DNA of 64,000 bases. Origin: Patescibacteria group bacterium (GTDB lineage: Bacteria; Patescibacteriota; Patescibacteriia; UBA10025). Below the pieces are notes generated by a model. It was given only the letters and a program-made list of their open reading frames with translations. It made no database searches and was not told the DNA's origin. The position numbers and the translations under genes were made by a program. Shown piece after piece: positions 35,692-46,043 of this stretch. Positions within the stretch are counted from its first letter, which is position 1; each line of letters begins with the position of its first letter. Location: positions 3,801-67,800 of the forward strand of contig JBAZCI010000002.1 of assembly GCA_041671025.1 (NCBI GenBank), given 5' to 3'.

Positions 35692-36735
35692 CTATTTTAC
35701 CGCGTCGGTATCACTTTGCACCTTATCAATAATTGACTTGCGCATCGCCGCCTGTAATTTGAGATCCTCGCGCACGGTCTTACGTGCAGTCTCATGTCCC
35801 ACACCAAGCTTGCGGTCTCCGTATGAATATGAATTGCCTGATTTTGTCACCACGCCTTTGATGACACCCAAATCAATGAGGTCTCCTGAAACAGAGATAC
35901 CTTCGTTGTACATAATATCAAATTCAGTCGTTTTGAACGGCGGAGCAACTTTGTTCTTTACAATCTTTGCTTTCACACGATTACCGATCACCTCGTCCCC
36001 GATCTTGATATTAGCCGAACGACGGACTTCAATACGGACGGATGAGTAGAATTTCAGGGCAGTACCTCCTGTTGTCGTTTCCGGGTTACCAAAAAATACC
36101 CCGATTTTCATGCGAATTTGGTTGATGAAGATAACGATGGTCTTTGTTTTGCTGACCATGCCGGTGAGCTTGCGCAGCGCCTGACTCATCAGCCGGGCCT
36201 GAAGCGCCATATGATGTTCTCCCATTTCGCCCTCAATTTCTGCTTTTGGCGTCAGGGCCGCGACGGAATCGATAACGACGACATCGACGGCTCCGGAACG
36301 AACCAGCGTCTCCACAATTTCCAGCGCCTGTTCTCCTGTATCGGGCTGGGAAATAAGCAGATCGTCCACGTTAACACCGATTTTTCGAGCGTATTCCGGA
36401 TCCAATGCATGCTCTGCATCGACAAAAGCGGCCGTGCCTCCCTGTCTTTGGACATTCGCGACAATATGCTGAGCAAGCGTTGTTTTACCCGACGCCTCCG
36501 GGCCGTAAATTTCGATAACACGTCCCCGAGGTACGCCAAGCACTCCGAGAGCCAAATCGAGTGAAAGACATCCGGTCGGGACCGCGTCCACATCCATGCG
36601 TTTAATATCACCGAGCCGCATTATTGCGCCGTCGCCGAACCGTTCTTTAATCTGGTCTACCGCGTCTTTTGCGGCTTTTATTTTCCCCGCCCCGTGCTGC
36701 TGAGATGATGCATCTGCTTTTGATGATTGAGCCAT
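35692..36735 (-). CDS. recA: Recombinase A
   Basis: [19 protein letters not shown] (Walker A), the L1/L2 loops and [22 protein letters not shown]. Confidence 0.96.
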   Translation of the reverse strand: MAQSSKADASSQQHGAGKIKAAKDAVDQIKERFGDGAIMRLGDIKRMDVDAVPTGCLSLDLALGVLGVPRGRVIEIYGPEASGKTTLAQHIVANVQRQGGTAAFVDAEHALDPEYARKIGVNVDDLLISQPDTGEQALEIVETLVRSGAVDVVVIDSVAALTPKAEIEGEMGEHHMALQARLMSQALRKLTGMVSKTKTIVIFINQIRMKIGVFFGNPETTTGGTALKFYSSVRIEVRRSANIKIGDEVIGNRVKAKIVKNKVAPPFKTTEFDIMYNEGISVSGDLIDLGVIKGVVTKSGNSYSYGDRKLGVGHETARKTVREDLKLQAAMRKSIIDKVQSDTDAVK

Positions 36736-36786
36736 AAAAATTGAAATAGATGATAAAAGGATCCCTCTGTACTACACACTATATCA

Positions 36787-37473
36787 TTATGAAGGCCTGG
36801 GTTCAACTAGAATACTACGGGTGATTTTCTGCTCCGCCCCGCGCGGTTTGCGGGAAATAATGACAATAGTATTCAACCCTTCGGTCAGTTCAAGTGTTTC
36901 CGAAAAATTGCCGGAGCTGTCAGGGACAACCTCTTCGTCATTTATAAAGATTGTGGCCTCAGGCTCCGTCGTGCCCTCGACCAATATTGACGGTTCTGTG
37001 ATCCGTATGTTTTCCGCCGGTGACCTCAGAATAAGTTCGGGCGGGGCGGTAATACGTCGCGCTTCTACGCCCAGATATACTACGATTGCCAGCACGACTA
37101 GAATTATGCCAGTTCGTTTTATTGTCTGCGGTGTGATAATTGCACGGGGAATTCGTTTTTCATTCTCCAGGGAAGCCCGCGCCCGCTTATCATGCTGAGA
37201 TTGAAACACTTTGCGCTCCTGATCATATGCATAGATAACGGTCTCTGCATTGACGTCAAGATACACGGCCAACTGTCGCAGAAAATTGCGCACATACACG
37301 TCGCTCGGCAAATCCAAATACCGGCTCTCTTCGATTGCCTTGAGATGCTTTAATTGAACGTGTATCGAGTCGGCTACGGTTTCCAATTCTACGCCCCGTT
37401 CTATACGCACTTTCTGGAGCCGTTCGCCGAGCGTCCCGCGTATGCGAAGACCACGGGCGGTAAAATCACTCAT
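36787..37473 (-). CDS. Helix-turn-helix (Cro/C1-type) membrane protein, RodZ-like
   Basis: N-terminal HTH LGERLQKVRIERGVELETVADSIHVQLKHLKAIE, one TM (IILVVLAIVVYLGV) and an extracytoplasmic C-terminal domain. Start at MSDFTARG overlaps the ftsK stop by 8 nt. Confidence 0.7.
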   Translation of the reverse strand: MSDFTARGLRIRGTLGERLQKVRIERGVELETVADSIHVQLKHLKAIEESRYLDLPSDVYVRNFLRQLAVYLDVNAETVIYAYDQERKVFQSQHDKRARASLENEKRIPRAIITPQTIKRTGIILVVLAIVVYLGVEARRITAPPELILRSPAENIRITEPSILVEGTTEPEATIFINDEEVVPDSSGNFSETLELTEGLNTIVIISRKPRGAEQKITRSILVEPRPS

Positions 37474-39711
37474 ATTTTTGCTCGGACGTATCTTCTGTCT
37501 CGTCCCCCTCTTCTTCAGGAGCATCCGCGACGGCCTCATCGGTATCTACGGGAACATCCAAACCGGACGGAGTTGACCGTACAAGAATTTCTCTGGGCTT
37601 GGCTCCGTCACCGGGACCGATGACCCCCTGTTCTTCCAGCAAATCAAGCAGGCGTGCCGCACGAGCATACCCCACGCGCAACCGCCGTTGTAAAAGCGAC
37701 GCCGAGGCCTTGCCCGCCTTGATAACAAGATCCTTTGCCTGACTTAACAATTCGTCGTCCCCAAGGTCTTCAAAATTGCCGCTCAACGTTTCATCCACGA
37801 TAAGTTTCTCAACCACCTCAGGATGGTAATCCGGTTTGCCTTGCTCGCGCAAAAAGTTGGTGACGCGTTCAATCTCATCATTGCTCACAAACACGCCCTG
37901 CAGACGGCGGGGCTTGGATAGCTGAGCGGTAACGAACAGCATGTCGCCCTTGCCGAGCAATTTTTCTGCGCCGCTCGTATCAAGAATCGTGCGGGAATCA
38001 ACGACAGAAGCGACGCTGAATGCAATCCGTGAAGTAATATTTGCCTTGATCAGTCCGGTAATAACGTCAACGGAGGGACGTTGGGTTGCAACAACCAGAT
38101 GAATCCCCACCGCGCGGGCCATTTGCGCAAGCCGGATAATAGCTGACTCTACCTCATGCATTGCGACGGCCATCAGGTCGGCAAGCTCATCAATGACGAC
38201 AACAATATACGGAAGCTGATCGCCGATCGGCGCATGATTATAATCGGCAATATTCCGCTGACCATGCTTCGAAAGCAGGTCAAAACGCCGATCCATTTCA
38301 GCGACCACCCAGCGCAGAGCATTAATCGTTTTGTTGACATTGGTGACCACCGGGGTAATCAAATGAGGAATATCATTGTAAACAGGCATTTCTACCCGTT
38401 TTGGATCGACGAGTATCAGCTTTAACTGATCGGGAGAATTTTGATACAAAAGACTCAACAGAATGGAATTGATGCAAACAGACTTTCCCGATCCGGTAGC
38501 GCCGGCGATAAGCAAATGCGGCATCGAATCGAGATCTGCGAGCCACGGTACCCCGGAAACAGATTCGTTTTTCGTTTTTTGAATTCACTGCTTTCAAGCA
38601 TCTGCCGTAAGCGGACGGTCGCGATAGATTTGTTTGGAACTTCGATACCGACAAGCGACTTGCCGGGAATGGGCGCCTCAATACGGATTGGGTGTGCGGC
38701 AAGTGCAAGCGCGAGATCATTGGACAACGTCGTGAGTTGGGCAAGCTTCACTCCTTCTGCGGGTTTCAACGTATACTGTGTTACCGTCGGCCCGACATTT
38801 ACTTCGCTCATCTCTACCGGTATGCCAAAGTTGGCGAGCGTTTTGTGTATCCGCTCCTTATTCGCCTCTATATCACCGCTTATCGGCTTCGTATTATTTT
38901 GATCCAATAAATCGGTCGGGACAGGAATTTTCTTCTTCACACGCTTAACTTCCGGAAACATCTCCTGCTGAGCGCTGCCCGATGCTGCTTGTTGAGAGGT
39001 TGCTCCCACGGTCAATGGCGCAATCTGCGACTTCGTGGATTCTTCCAGCGGCTGTCGGCTGAATGAAGAATCACCCGAGTCTTCCTCATATCCTTTACGT
39101 GTATCAAGGTTTGTTCTTATTTTCCCAAAGAAATCCCTTACCCGTCCGCCCAATCGTTGCACAATAGTACCGTGCTGCATAAGCGACGTAAGCGACATAT
39201 CAAATGAGAGAAGGAGAGAAATAATCAGCAAGCCAAAAAGGACAATCCCGGTTGCCAATCCGCCCATGATTTTTTGCAACGGATACGAAAGCGAGAGACC
39301 GAGATACCCCCCGCCGCGCGATTCTCCGATGACATCCGTCGCCTGATCAAGAGGAACAAAAAGATGGAAGAAACCCGTTAATGCAATGATAAAGAGGAGC
39401 ATTCCCAAGTAATGTGAAAATCGGAGTTTATATTTTTCCGGCTTCATTAAGACATACCCCAGGAAAATCATTACTGCGGGAGCGATAAGAATCGGGATGC
39501 CAAATAATGTATGCAATCCTGAATTAATGTTCTGACCGACTCCACCCGCCAAATCGAACATGCTCAAGAGCGCAAGTGCGGCCAACATGAATAACACGAC
39601 TACGACGATCCCGTGCTTTGTTTCTGTACGAAGACGTTGCGGCTCCTTTTGGGGAACCTGTTCTCCTCTTTCAGGTCTGCGATGCGTTCTTGGTGTTTGG
39701 ATAACAGCCAT
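37466..39711 (-). pseudogene. ftsK: DNA translocase FtsK/SpoIIIE, interrupted by an apparent frameshift into two overlapping ORFs (39711..38455 and 38524..37466)
   Basis: The N-terminal ORF has 4-5 TM segments, a linker and the alpha domain (NVGPTVTQYTLKPAEGVK). The C-terminal ORF starts MPHLLIAGATGSGKSV (Walker A) and has the DELADLM motif and a gamma winged helix (LLQRRLRVGYARAARLLDLLEE). The frames differ by one nucleotide. Confidence 0.8.
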
Positions 39712-39743
39712 ATTTTCTTTTGTAATGTACTATGCATCCTACC

Positions 39744-39781
39744 ACAAAAAGCCCCTAAAATCAATAGAAATGTCGATTATT
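39744..39781 (+). repeat. 38-bp direct repeat, left copy (R1)
   Basis: ACAAAAAGCCCCTAAAATCAATAGAAATGTCGATTATT, 36/38 identical to 42020-42057. Its reverse complement contains TTGATT, placed as a -35 for ftsK (17 nt to TAGGAT). Confidence 0.85.
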
Positions 39782-39878
39782 GCGTCGGGATATACAAGGA
39801 ATATTTTTTTAATACAAAAAAGGTCCGAACAATTGTATGTCCAGACCACATCTTCCGCGTATAGTGGAAAATTCACGG

Positions 39879-40115
39879 TTACAAAGCTTCCAAGATCATC
39901 TGGATATAAGCCGCTCCCCGACAACCGGAATCTTTGATCAGCATTTGCGCCTCTTCCACTGAAACCGCTTCGGCCTGCAATGCTTCCGCCAAATCCGGCT
40001 TCATGATACTTAAGTTGAATGTGCCCTCACTTTCACACCACTTAAATATCCCGACCTTCCCATCAAGAAGGTCCTTAGCCTTTTTCCGGGCATGTTCAGT
40101 GACTTTTTTTGCCAC
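39879..40115 (-). CDS. Hypothetical small protein (79 aa)
   Basis: GTG start 5 nt after GGAGGA (40122-40127 on the plus strand). VAKKVTEHARKKAKDLLDGKVGIFKW...EEAQMLIKDSGCRGAAYIQMILEAL. The longer track ORF adds a hydrophobic, SD-less extension. Confidence 0.5.
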   Translation of the reverse strand: MAKKVTEHARKKAKDLLDGKVGIFKWCESEGTFNLSIMKPDLAEALQAEAVSVEEAQMLIKDSGCRGAAYIQMILEAL

Positions 40116-40159
40116 AACTATCCTCCACGTGTTACAAAAGATCAAGAAATATTCAACGT

Positions 40160-40188
40160 AGATTAGCATTGAATATCCCCTTTGTCAA
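40160..40188 (-). promoter_or_regulatory. Sigma-70 consensus-like promoter (leftward) for the 79-aa ORF
   Basis: On the minus strand: TTGACA (40188-40183), 17-nt spacer, TAATCT (40165-40160). Confidence 0.55.
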
Positions 40189-40240
40189 TATCACTACTAC
40201 TAGAAAACAATGTTAATCTGTGTAATTCTGATACAGACGC

Positions 40241-40269
40241 TTGACAAAACTAACCCCCTATGATAGTAT
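40241..40269 (+). promoter_or_regulatory. Sigma-70 consensus-like promoter (rightward) with an extended -10
   Basis: TTGACA (40241-40246), 17-nt spacer ending TGa, TAGTAT (40264-40269). Confidence 0.7.
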
Positions 40270-40331
40270 GCTTTGTTTTGTACGTTGAAAAAAACTTCGT
40301 AGGCAGGCCGCTAAAAATGAACAGTACAGCC

Positions 40332-40387
40332 GGATCCCTCACCCTTCATGGCTCCCATTCGTTTGCCATTCAAGGTTCGGGATGGTG
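40332..40387. repeat. Conserved imperfect hairpin motif, copy B (inside the 5' leader of the 40516 operon)
   Basis: GGATCCCTCACC-(30 nt)-GGTTCGGGATGGTG. The apical stem is ATGGC/GCCAT. The motif is enclosed by an outer 9-bp stem, 40298-40306 / 40402-40410. Confidence 0.6.
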
Positions 40388-40515
40388 TTGCTTTTAGAGG
40401 ACTGCCTGTGTAAGTCATAGACAGTCATGTTCACTCAAACCCGATCAACTCTACAACGGTGTAGGGAAGGTGCAGGGTAAGGGTATCGAGCATGAAACGT
40501 ATGGAGGAAAACCAT

Positions 40516-41196
40516 ATGTCAAAATTCACTGCCTCTTTTGAGGTACTGGACCGACGGAACGGGGAATTTAACCCCTTCTACGGACCTACCCCTGTTATCG
40601 CATCCGGCGATGCATTTCAAGGAGTTAAGTGCGTCACCATAAGTGTGGACGATACCGGCCATCACTTTCATTTCGATGACTATCAGGTCTTTAAGACATT
40701 GTTAGATGGTCCTACTTTTTTTCCGTTTCACGCACGGGTCAATGTCCCGTGGGACAGCGAAGACTCCACGATGTGGTGGCAACAGTGGAAAACTGTTGTT
40801 GCTGGCATTCCGCGCGAAAAGGTTAAACCGGTTAAAATCCTGGATTTACGCGATGGACAGTTTTCATCGCTAGATCTAGGCATCTGGCTACACGGATGTC
40901 GCATATATGCGATTTTTCCGTTAACTGAAGACGACTTGTTCGAAGTCGCCCAGAAAGTGACTGAGGCGATGAAGAATCAAAACGTTTTTCAAATTGCCGT
41001 GCAGATGCTTCTGTACTACGCCTCCCAACCTGAGCCCCAAAAAGCCGAGTCGCTTTTTACAAGCGACGATGCCAACTTGTTGGCGGAAATTCAGACCCTT
41101 TTCCACGGGCACAAGAAATTCCGTGAAACAATCGGGGAATCGCGGCTTGCGAACTTTGCTCGCCGCGTTCATGAAGCGATTAACGCGGGTCTCTGA
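40516..41196 (+). CDS. Hypothetical soluble protein (226 aa)
   Basis: ATG 7 nt after GGAGGA. His/Trp-rich segments (GHHFHFDDY, MWWQQWK). No family recognised. Confidence 0.65.
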   Translation: MSKFTASFEVLDRRNGEFNPFYGPTPVIASGDAFQGVKCVTISVDDTGHHFHFDDYQVFKTLLDGPTFFPFHARVNVPWDSEDSTMWWQQWKTVVAGIPREKVKPVKILDLRDGQFSSLDLGIWLHGCRIYAIFPLTEDDLFEVAQKVTEAMKNQNVFQIAVQMLLYYASQPEPQKAESLFTSDDANLLAEIQTLFHGHKKFRETIGESRLANFARRVHEAINAGL

Positions 41197-41277
41197 TCCG
41201 CACAACCATTAACTCAACTCCGGTCAACCGTGAACCATACAAGGTTCACGGAAGGCGCAGGAGAAGGGAGAAGCTCA

Positions 41278-41910
41278 ATGAATTGGCAACAATACAAAAA
41301 GGCTGAGATGATTGCTCGGACACACCCCGTGGCTCACATCATCAAAGGTCACCAAAGGCATATTGGGATGATTTCTATAATGGCAATATCCATCTTTTGC
41401 CTAGAAATCATAGCCGCGTTACGCATTGAAAATGCGATAACGCCGCATTATTGGTTAAGAACTCCGTTTCCCCAGACTGCAAATTGGGTAGGCGCCTCTT
41501 ATTATCTTCTTTTCATCTGCTTTTGCGTAATGGTGAATAAAGTTTGGACTATGTTCAGTTCACCGACAATTAAGAGAAGAAAGATTGATGGTCAGGATCG
41601 CATCTTAGCACAATTTCGTTCTGTGGAATGGATCGACATCACGAACTCATTTCTTGACACTTCATTCATTCCGCTGGAAAAAGTGTTTGTTACTGTTGAA
41701 GTTGATGACGTCAGAACTGGAGATGCTATTACCTTGCCAGTGGGTACGACACAGATCGAACCTTTTCCCTACATAACACCCGACAATGGGTACTTCGTAA
41801 AACTCAAAAGCGATATCAGAATGTACTTTTCAGTAGCAGTTGGGTTTTGGCTTACATGTCTCATTCCCCCTACTGTGTGGCTATTTATCACTTTTAGTTT
41901 GACGAAATAA
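41278..41910 (+). CDS. Hypothetical membrane protein (210 aa, about 3 TM)
   Basis: ATG after GGAGAAGGGAG. TM segments IGMISIMAISIFCLEIIAAL, GASYYLLFICFCVMV and FSVAVGFWLTCLIPPTVWLFITF. Confidence 0.65.
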   Translation: MNWQQYKKAEMIARTHPVAHIIKGHQRHIGMISIMAISIFCLEIIAALRIENAITPHYWLRTPFPQTANWVGASYYLLFICFCVMVNKVWTMFSSPTIKRRKIDGQDRILAQFRSVEWIDITNSFLDTSFIPLEKVFVTVEVDDVRTGDAITLPVGTTQIEPFPYITPDNGYFVKLKSDIRMYFSVAVGFWLTCLIPPTVWLFITFSLTK

Positions 41911-41933
41911 TTTGTTCGTTTCATTTTAGACCC

Positions 41934-41971
41934 CCCCTACCTGGTTATCAACTAGGTAGGGGTATTTTTTT
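41934..41971 (+). terminator. Rho-independent terminator
   Basis: CCCCTACCTGG-ttatcaa-CTAGGTAGGGG followed by TATTTTTTT. Confidence 0.85.
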
Positions 41972-42019
41972 ACTCATTAAATCCATACGCGACTAAAGTC
42001 GCTAGGAAAAATAAAGAAT

Positions 42020-42057
42020 ACAAAAAGTCCCTAAAATCAATAGAAATATCGATTATT
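42020..42057 (+). repeat. 38-bp direct repeat, right copy (R2)
   Basis: ACAAAAAGTCCCTAAAATCAATAGAAATATCGATTATT. Confidence 0.85.
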
Positions 42058-42071
42058 ATTTACCCGGCCAC

Positions 42072-42100
42072 GAGATTGCTTCGTAGAACTCGCAATGACA
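42072..42100. repeat. Short palindromic element, GAGAT...ATGACA family (copy 4, short form)
   Basis: GAGATTGCTTCG-tagaa-CTCGCAATGACA. The arms match the reverse complement of copy 1 (2295-2341), but it lacks the inner hairpin. Confidence 0.7.
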
Positions 42101-42160
42101 TGATTTGTTATCCCAAAAAGCCCCCGGCAGGAACGCCGAGGGCTTTTTTATTAGACAGGG

Positions 42161-45100
42161 TTACTTGGCTTCAACAGGCCGATATCCCGTACCTGCGGGA
42201 ATCAGCTTGCCGATGATCACGTTCTCTTTCAACCCGCGAAGGTTATCTACCTTACCGGTTACCGCCGCATCGATCAGGACGCGAGCAGTCTCTTGGAATG
42301 ACGCCGCGGAGAGGAAACTGTCGATCGACAGCGACGCCTTGGTAATACCGAGCAGGAGAACTTCGCCCTCTGCAGGTTTGGTCTTCTCTTTCTTGGCCTT
42401 TTGATTTGCGGCAACGAACTGCCCGCGCTCAATAACTTCGCCTGAGAAAAAGTGAGTATCGCCCGCATCCGTGATGTACACGCGAGAGAACATTTGGTGA
42501 ACGATAATTTCGATATGCTTGTCGTTCAACTTTTGTCCCTGAGATGAATAGATATATTGGATATCCTTCATGACATACTTCTGAACGGCTTCCTGGCCCT
42601 TGAGGTAGTACAGCTGATGAAGATCAAGACTGCCTTCGGTAAGCGACTGACCCTTTACAACGAGGTCGCCGTTTTTGACCAGAATAAACCGGTCGCTCGG
42701 CACCAAATATTCTTTCGTTTTTTCAGCTTCACTGTTGATCTCAATACTCTCGTCCGTAACGCGCACTTTACCGGCGGTCTTGGATACGATCGTCTGATCA
42801 CCGTTGATGAACAGTGTCGCCCCGGCTTTTACCGTCTGTTTGTCCTTTACCTGTATTTCCAGTTTCTTCTTATTTCCCGGGAATTCATACTTCTCTGCGT
42901 TAAGATGGGTATAGGTAAGGGTAACCAGACGCTGATTATTTTCCGCCTCGGTAATCTGTACTGTTCCGTCAGCTTCCGAAATAATTGCCGGACGCTTTAC
43001 CGGACGCGCTTCAAATAATTCTTCAACGCGCGGCAACCCCTGAGTGATGTCTTTTCCCGCGACACCGCCGGTATGGAAGGTTCTCATCGTCAGCTGGGTA
43101 CCCGGTTCGCCGATACTTTGCGCTGCGATGACTCCGACTGCAGTTCCCAGTTTCACAAGCTTGTTAAACCCGAGGTCGTACCCGTAACAACTTTGACACA
43201 GACCGTAGGTAGACTTGCACGACAGCACGGAACGGACAACAACGGCTTCGAGCGGAGCTTTTTCAATCGCCTCGCGATGATCTTCGGTAACCACATCTCC
43301 GGCTTTAAGAATCACTTTATGCGTCTTGGGGTGCACAATGTCTTTTGCCAGTACGCGACCAACAATGCGATTGATAATAGATTCATCCATTTCCGCACTT
43401 TCAGCGGCAGTGATCGTAAATCCATCGGTATCTTTGCAATCTTCATCCGTAACCACCATATCCTGTGCAACATCAACCAAACGGCGGGTCAGATACCCGG
43501 CATTTGCGGTACGCAGAGCAGTGTCAGAAAGTCCTTTTCGGGCACCGTGAGTGGATATGAAATATTCAAGAACATCAAATCCTTCTTTGAAACTTCCCAT
43601 AACCGGCAGTTCAATCGTGTCTCCGGCCGGGTTGGTTACCAGACCCTTCATACCCATCATTTGGGTAATCTGCGCCCATGATCCGCGGGAGCCTGATTCG
43701 ATCATTGCATAGACTGATCCTTTTTTATTCAATGCGTCCTTGCTGAACTTCTGGACCTGATCTTTCACCTGCGCCCATACTTCAATGACCTTGCTATGGC
43801 GTTCCTGATCAGTCAATAATCCCGCTTCAAAGTGGGCGGTAATTTCATCCACTTTTTTCTGGGCACCTTCAATGGCGACTTTCTTTTCTTTCGGAAGAGT
43901 TAAGTCATCCATACCCCAGCTGATTCCCGAACGGGTGAGAAATTGAAAACTGGTATCTTTGATGCGATCAACAAGTTGGACGGTCGGTTCGGGACCGAAC
44001 TGGCTCAATGACCGGCTTACCAAGTCTGACAATTTCTTTTTATCCATCGTTTCGTTCACGAACCGCAGTTCGGGAGGAAGTATATCGTTGAAAATGAGTC
44101 TTCCGACGGATGTCTCAACAACCGCATTGCCCATTTTAACCTTAACCAGCTGTTGAATATGCACGAAGTTCTGATGGAACGAGCTCATGGCTTCATCGAC
44201 GGAAGAAAATCCCTTCATGCTTGCCTTTTCATCCCGCGTTGCAAGAGAAGTCAAATAATAACAGCCGAGCACGATATCCTGCGAGGGAGAAACAACCGGT
44301 TTTCCGGTGGCAGGTTTCAGCAAATTTTTCGAGGAAAGCATGATTTCCTTTGCTTCCCATTTTGCTTTTTCGGTAAGCGGGACATGAACGGCCATTTGGT
44401 CACCGTCAAAGTCCGCGTTGAACGCGGGACAGACGAGCGGGTGTATCTGAATAGCCTTACCTTCAATCAATACGGGAGTAAACGCCTGGATACCCAGCCG
44501 GTGAAGCGTCGGTGCGCGATTCAGCAATACATGCGAACCGAGCGTCACTTCTTCCAAGATATCCCATACTTCCGGGCGTTCGCTTTCGATGAATCGCGAT
44601 GCACTGCGAACATTATGGACCAATTCCCGTTGAATAAGTTTCGAGATAATAAACGGCTTGAACAATTCAAGGGCCATCGTCTTCGGCAATCCGCATTCAT
44701 TTAACTTCAGGTGCGGACCGACAACAATGACGGAACGACCGGAATAATCAACGCGTTTTCCAAGCAAGTTTTGGCGGAATCGCCCCTGTTTGCCTTTGAG
44801 AATGTCCGCGATGGATTTCAGCATGCGTTTCTGTCCGGTCGATGCGGTAACCGTCTTGCCGTGACGCGCATTGTTGTCAATCAAGGCATCAACAGCTTCC
44901 TGGAGCATACGACGTTCATTGCGACAGATAACTTCAGGCGCATTGAGTTCGAGCAGGCGTTTCAAACGGTTGTTTCGGTTGATCACGCGGCGGTACAAAT
45001 CATTCAAATCAGACGCGGCAAATCGACCGCCATCCAATTGGACCATCGGACGAAGATCCGGAGGAATGACGGGGATCATGGTGAGAATCATGTGTTCCGG

Positions 45101-46030
45101 ACGAATACCGTTCGCGTCAAAATTGCGCAGCAACTTAAGCAGACGGACAATCCGGCGTTTCCGGTTTTCCGCGGCGGTGACGACCTCTTCTTCCAATTCC
45201 TTAACGCGTTTCTTGAGGTCAATCTCTGCCAACAGCTGGTGGAGAGCATCCGCGCCGATACCCGCTTCGAATACATGGCCGTACTTCAGGGAAAGATCCT
45301 GATAAATCTGCTCTGAGATAATGCGCATGGGCTTCAAGTCTTCCAATTCCTTCTTTGCCAGATCGACCGCATCTTTCAGTGTTTTCAATTTTTCATCGCG
45401 AAAAGCAGAATTTGCCGCGAGCTCATCGCGCATTTCAGTTTCGAGCTTCTTTTTATCAGCATCTCCCGCCTTTTGGATCTCTGCCATTTTGCGGAGCTTG
45501 ATTTCATTTACTTCCTTATTAAATTCAGCTTCGATCGATTTCTTTTTACCCGTGTATTCAACTTCAAGCTGTTGCAGTGTTTCCTGGCGAAGTGCGTCAT
45601 CAACTTTTGTGATAACAAAGCTTGCAAAATAGTTCACTTTTTCTAAATCCTGGATTGAAAGATCCAGCACCATGCCAATCTTTGACGGAACGCCGCGCAA
45701 GAACCAGATGTGGGATACGGGCGACGCCAGTTTAATGTGACCCATCCGTTCGCGCCGAACAATACTGCGGGTTACTTCAACGCCGCACTTGTCGCACACA
45801 ATGCCTTTGTAACGAATTTTCTTGTATTTTCCACAGTAGCATTCCCAGTCTTTGGTCGGCCCAAAAATGCGCTCGCAGAAGAGGCCGTCTTTTTCCGGTT
45901 TTTGCGTGCGGTAATTGACGGTTTCAGGCTTCAAGACCTCGCCGTGAGACCAGTCAAGAATAGTGTGCGGCGATGCTAAGCGAAGACGGAGCGCGGTGAA
46001 ATCGATTTGTGGTGTGATGTCGGGTGTCAT
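42161..46030 (-). CDS. rpoC: DNA-directed RNA polymerase subunit beta'
   Basis: Zinc-binding [23 protein letters not shown], the catalytic NADFDGD and trigger loop/bridge helix regions. Start placed at [11 protein letters not shown], 13 nt after the rpoB stop. Confidence 0.97.
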   Translation of the reverse strand: MTPDITPQIDFTALRLRLASPHTILDWSHGEVLKPETVNYRTQKPEKDGLFCERIFGPTKDWECYCGKYKKIRYKGIVCDKCGVEVTRSIVRRERMGHIKLASPVSHIWFLRGVPSKIGMVLDLSIQDLEKVNYFASFVITKVDDALRQETLQQLEVEYTGKKKSIEAEFNKEVNEIKLRKMAEIQKAGDADKKKLETEMRDELAANSAFRDEKLKTLKDAVDLAKKELEDLKPMRIISEQIYQDLSLKYGHVFEAGIGADALHQLLAEIDLKKRVKELEEEVVTAAENRKRRIVRLLKLLRNFDANGIRPEHMILTMIPVIPPDLRPMVQLDGGRFAASDLNDLYRRVINRNNRLKRLLELNAPEVICRNERRMLQEAVDALIDNNARHGKTVTASTGQKRMLKSIADILKGKQGRFRQNLLGKRVDYSGRSVIVVGPHLKLNECGLPKTMALELFKPFIISKLIQRELVHNVRSASRFIESERPEVWDILEEVTLGSHVLLNRAPTLHRLGIQAFTPVLIEGKAIQIHPLVCPAFNADFDGDQMAVHVPLTEKAKWEAKEIMLSSKNLLKPATGKPVVSPSQDIVLGCYYLTSLATRDEKASMKGFSSVDEAMSSFHQNFVHIQQLVKVKMGNAVVETSVGRLIFNDILPPELRFVNETMDKKKLSDLVSRSLSQFGPEPTVQLVDRIKDTSFQFLTRSGISWGMDDLTLPKEKKVAIEGAQKKVDEITAHFEAGLLTDQERHSKVIEVWAQVKDQVQKFSKDALNKKGSVYAMIESGSRGSWAQITQMMGMKGLVTNPAGDTIELPVMGSFKEGFDVLEYFISTHGARKGLSDTALRTANAGYLTRRLVDVAQDMVVTDEDCKDTDGFTITAAESAEMDESIINRIVGRVLAKDIVHPKTHKVILKAGDVVTEDHREAIEKAPLEAVVVRSVLSCKSTYGLCQSCYGYDLGFNKLVKLGTAVGVIAAQSIGEPGTQLTMRTFHTGGVAGKDITQGLPRVEELFEARPVKRPAIISEADGTVQITEAENNQRLVTLTYTHLNAEKYEFPGNKKKLEIQVKDKQTVKAGATLFINGDQTIVSKTAGKVRVTDESIEINSEAEKTKEYLVPSDRFILVKNGDLVVKGQSLTEGSLDLHQLYYLKGQEAVQKYVMKDIQYIYSSQGQKLNDKHIEIIVHQMFSRVYITDAGDTHFFSGEVIERGQFVAANQKAKKEKTKPAEGEVLLLGITKASLSIDSFLSAASFQETARVLIDAAVTGKVDNLRGLKENVIIGKLIPAGTGYRPVEAK

Positions 46031-46043
46031 AGGAGTGAACGGG

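Noticed and set aside
40332-40387. Possibility that the conserved hairpin motif is an integron attC site or a tRNA-derived att site.
   Set aside because: GGTTCGGGAT does not fit the attC R' core GTTRRRY, because its fourth base is C. No RYYYAAC partner is present and no integrase is nearby. The sequence does not match the T-arm or acceptor end of either tRNA in the window.
40317-40397. 26-codon ORF in the cassette leader (MNSTAGSLTLHGSHSFAIQGSGWCCF) that covers hairpin motif copy B. It could be read as a leader peptide or a small Cys-containing peptide.
   Set aside because: The second copy of the motif (25158-25205) differs by an 8-nt indel between the conserved blocks, so the two conserved halves fall in different frames. 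There is no SD. Conservation is therefore at the nucleotide or structure level.
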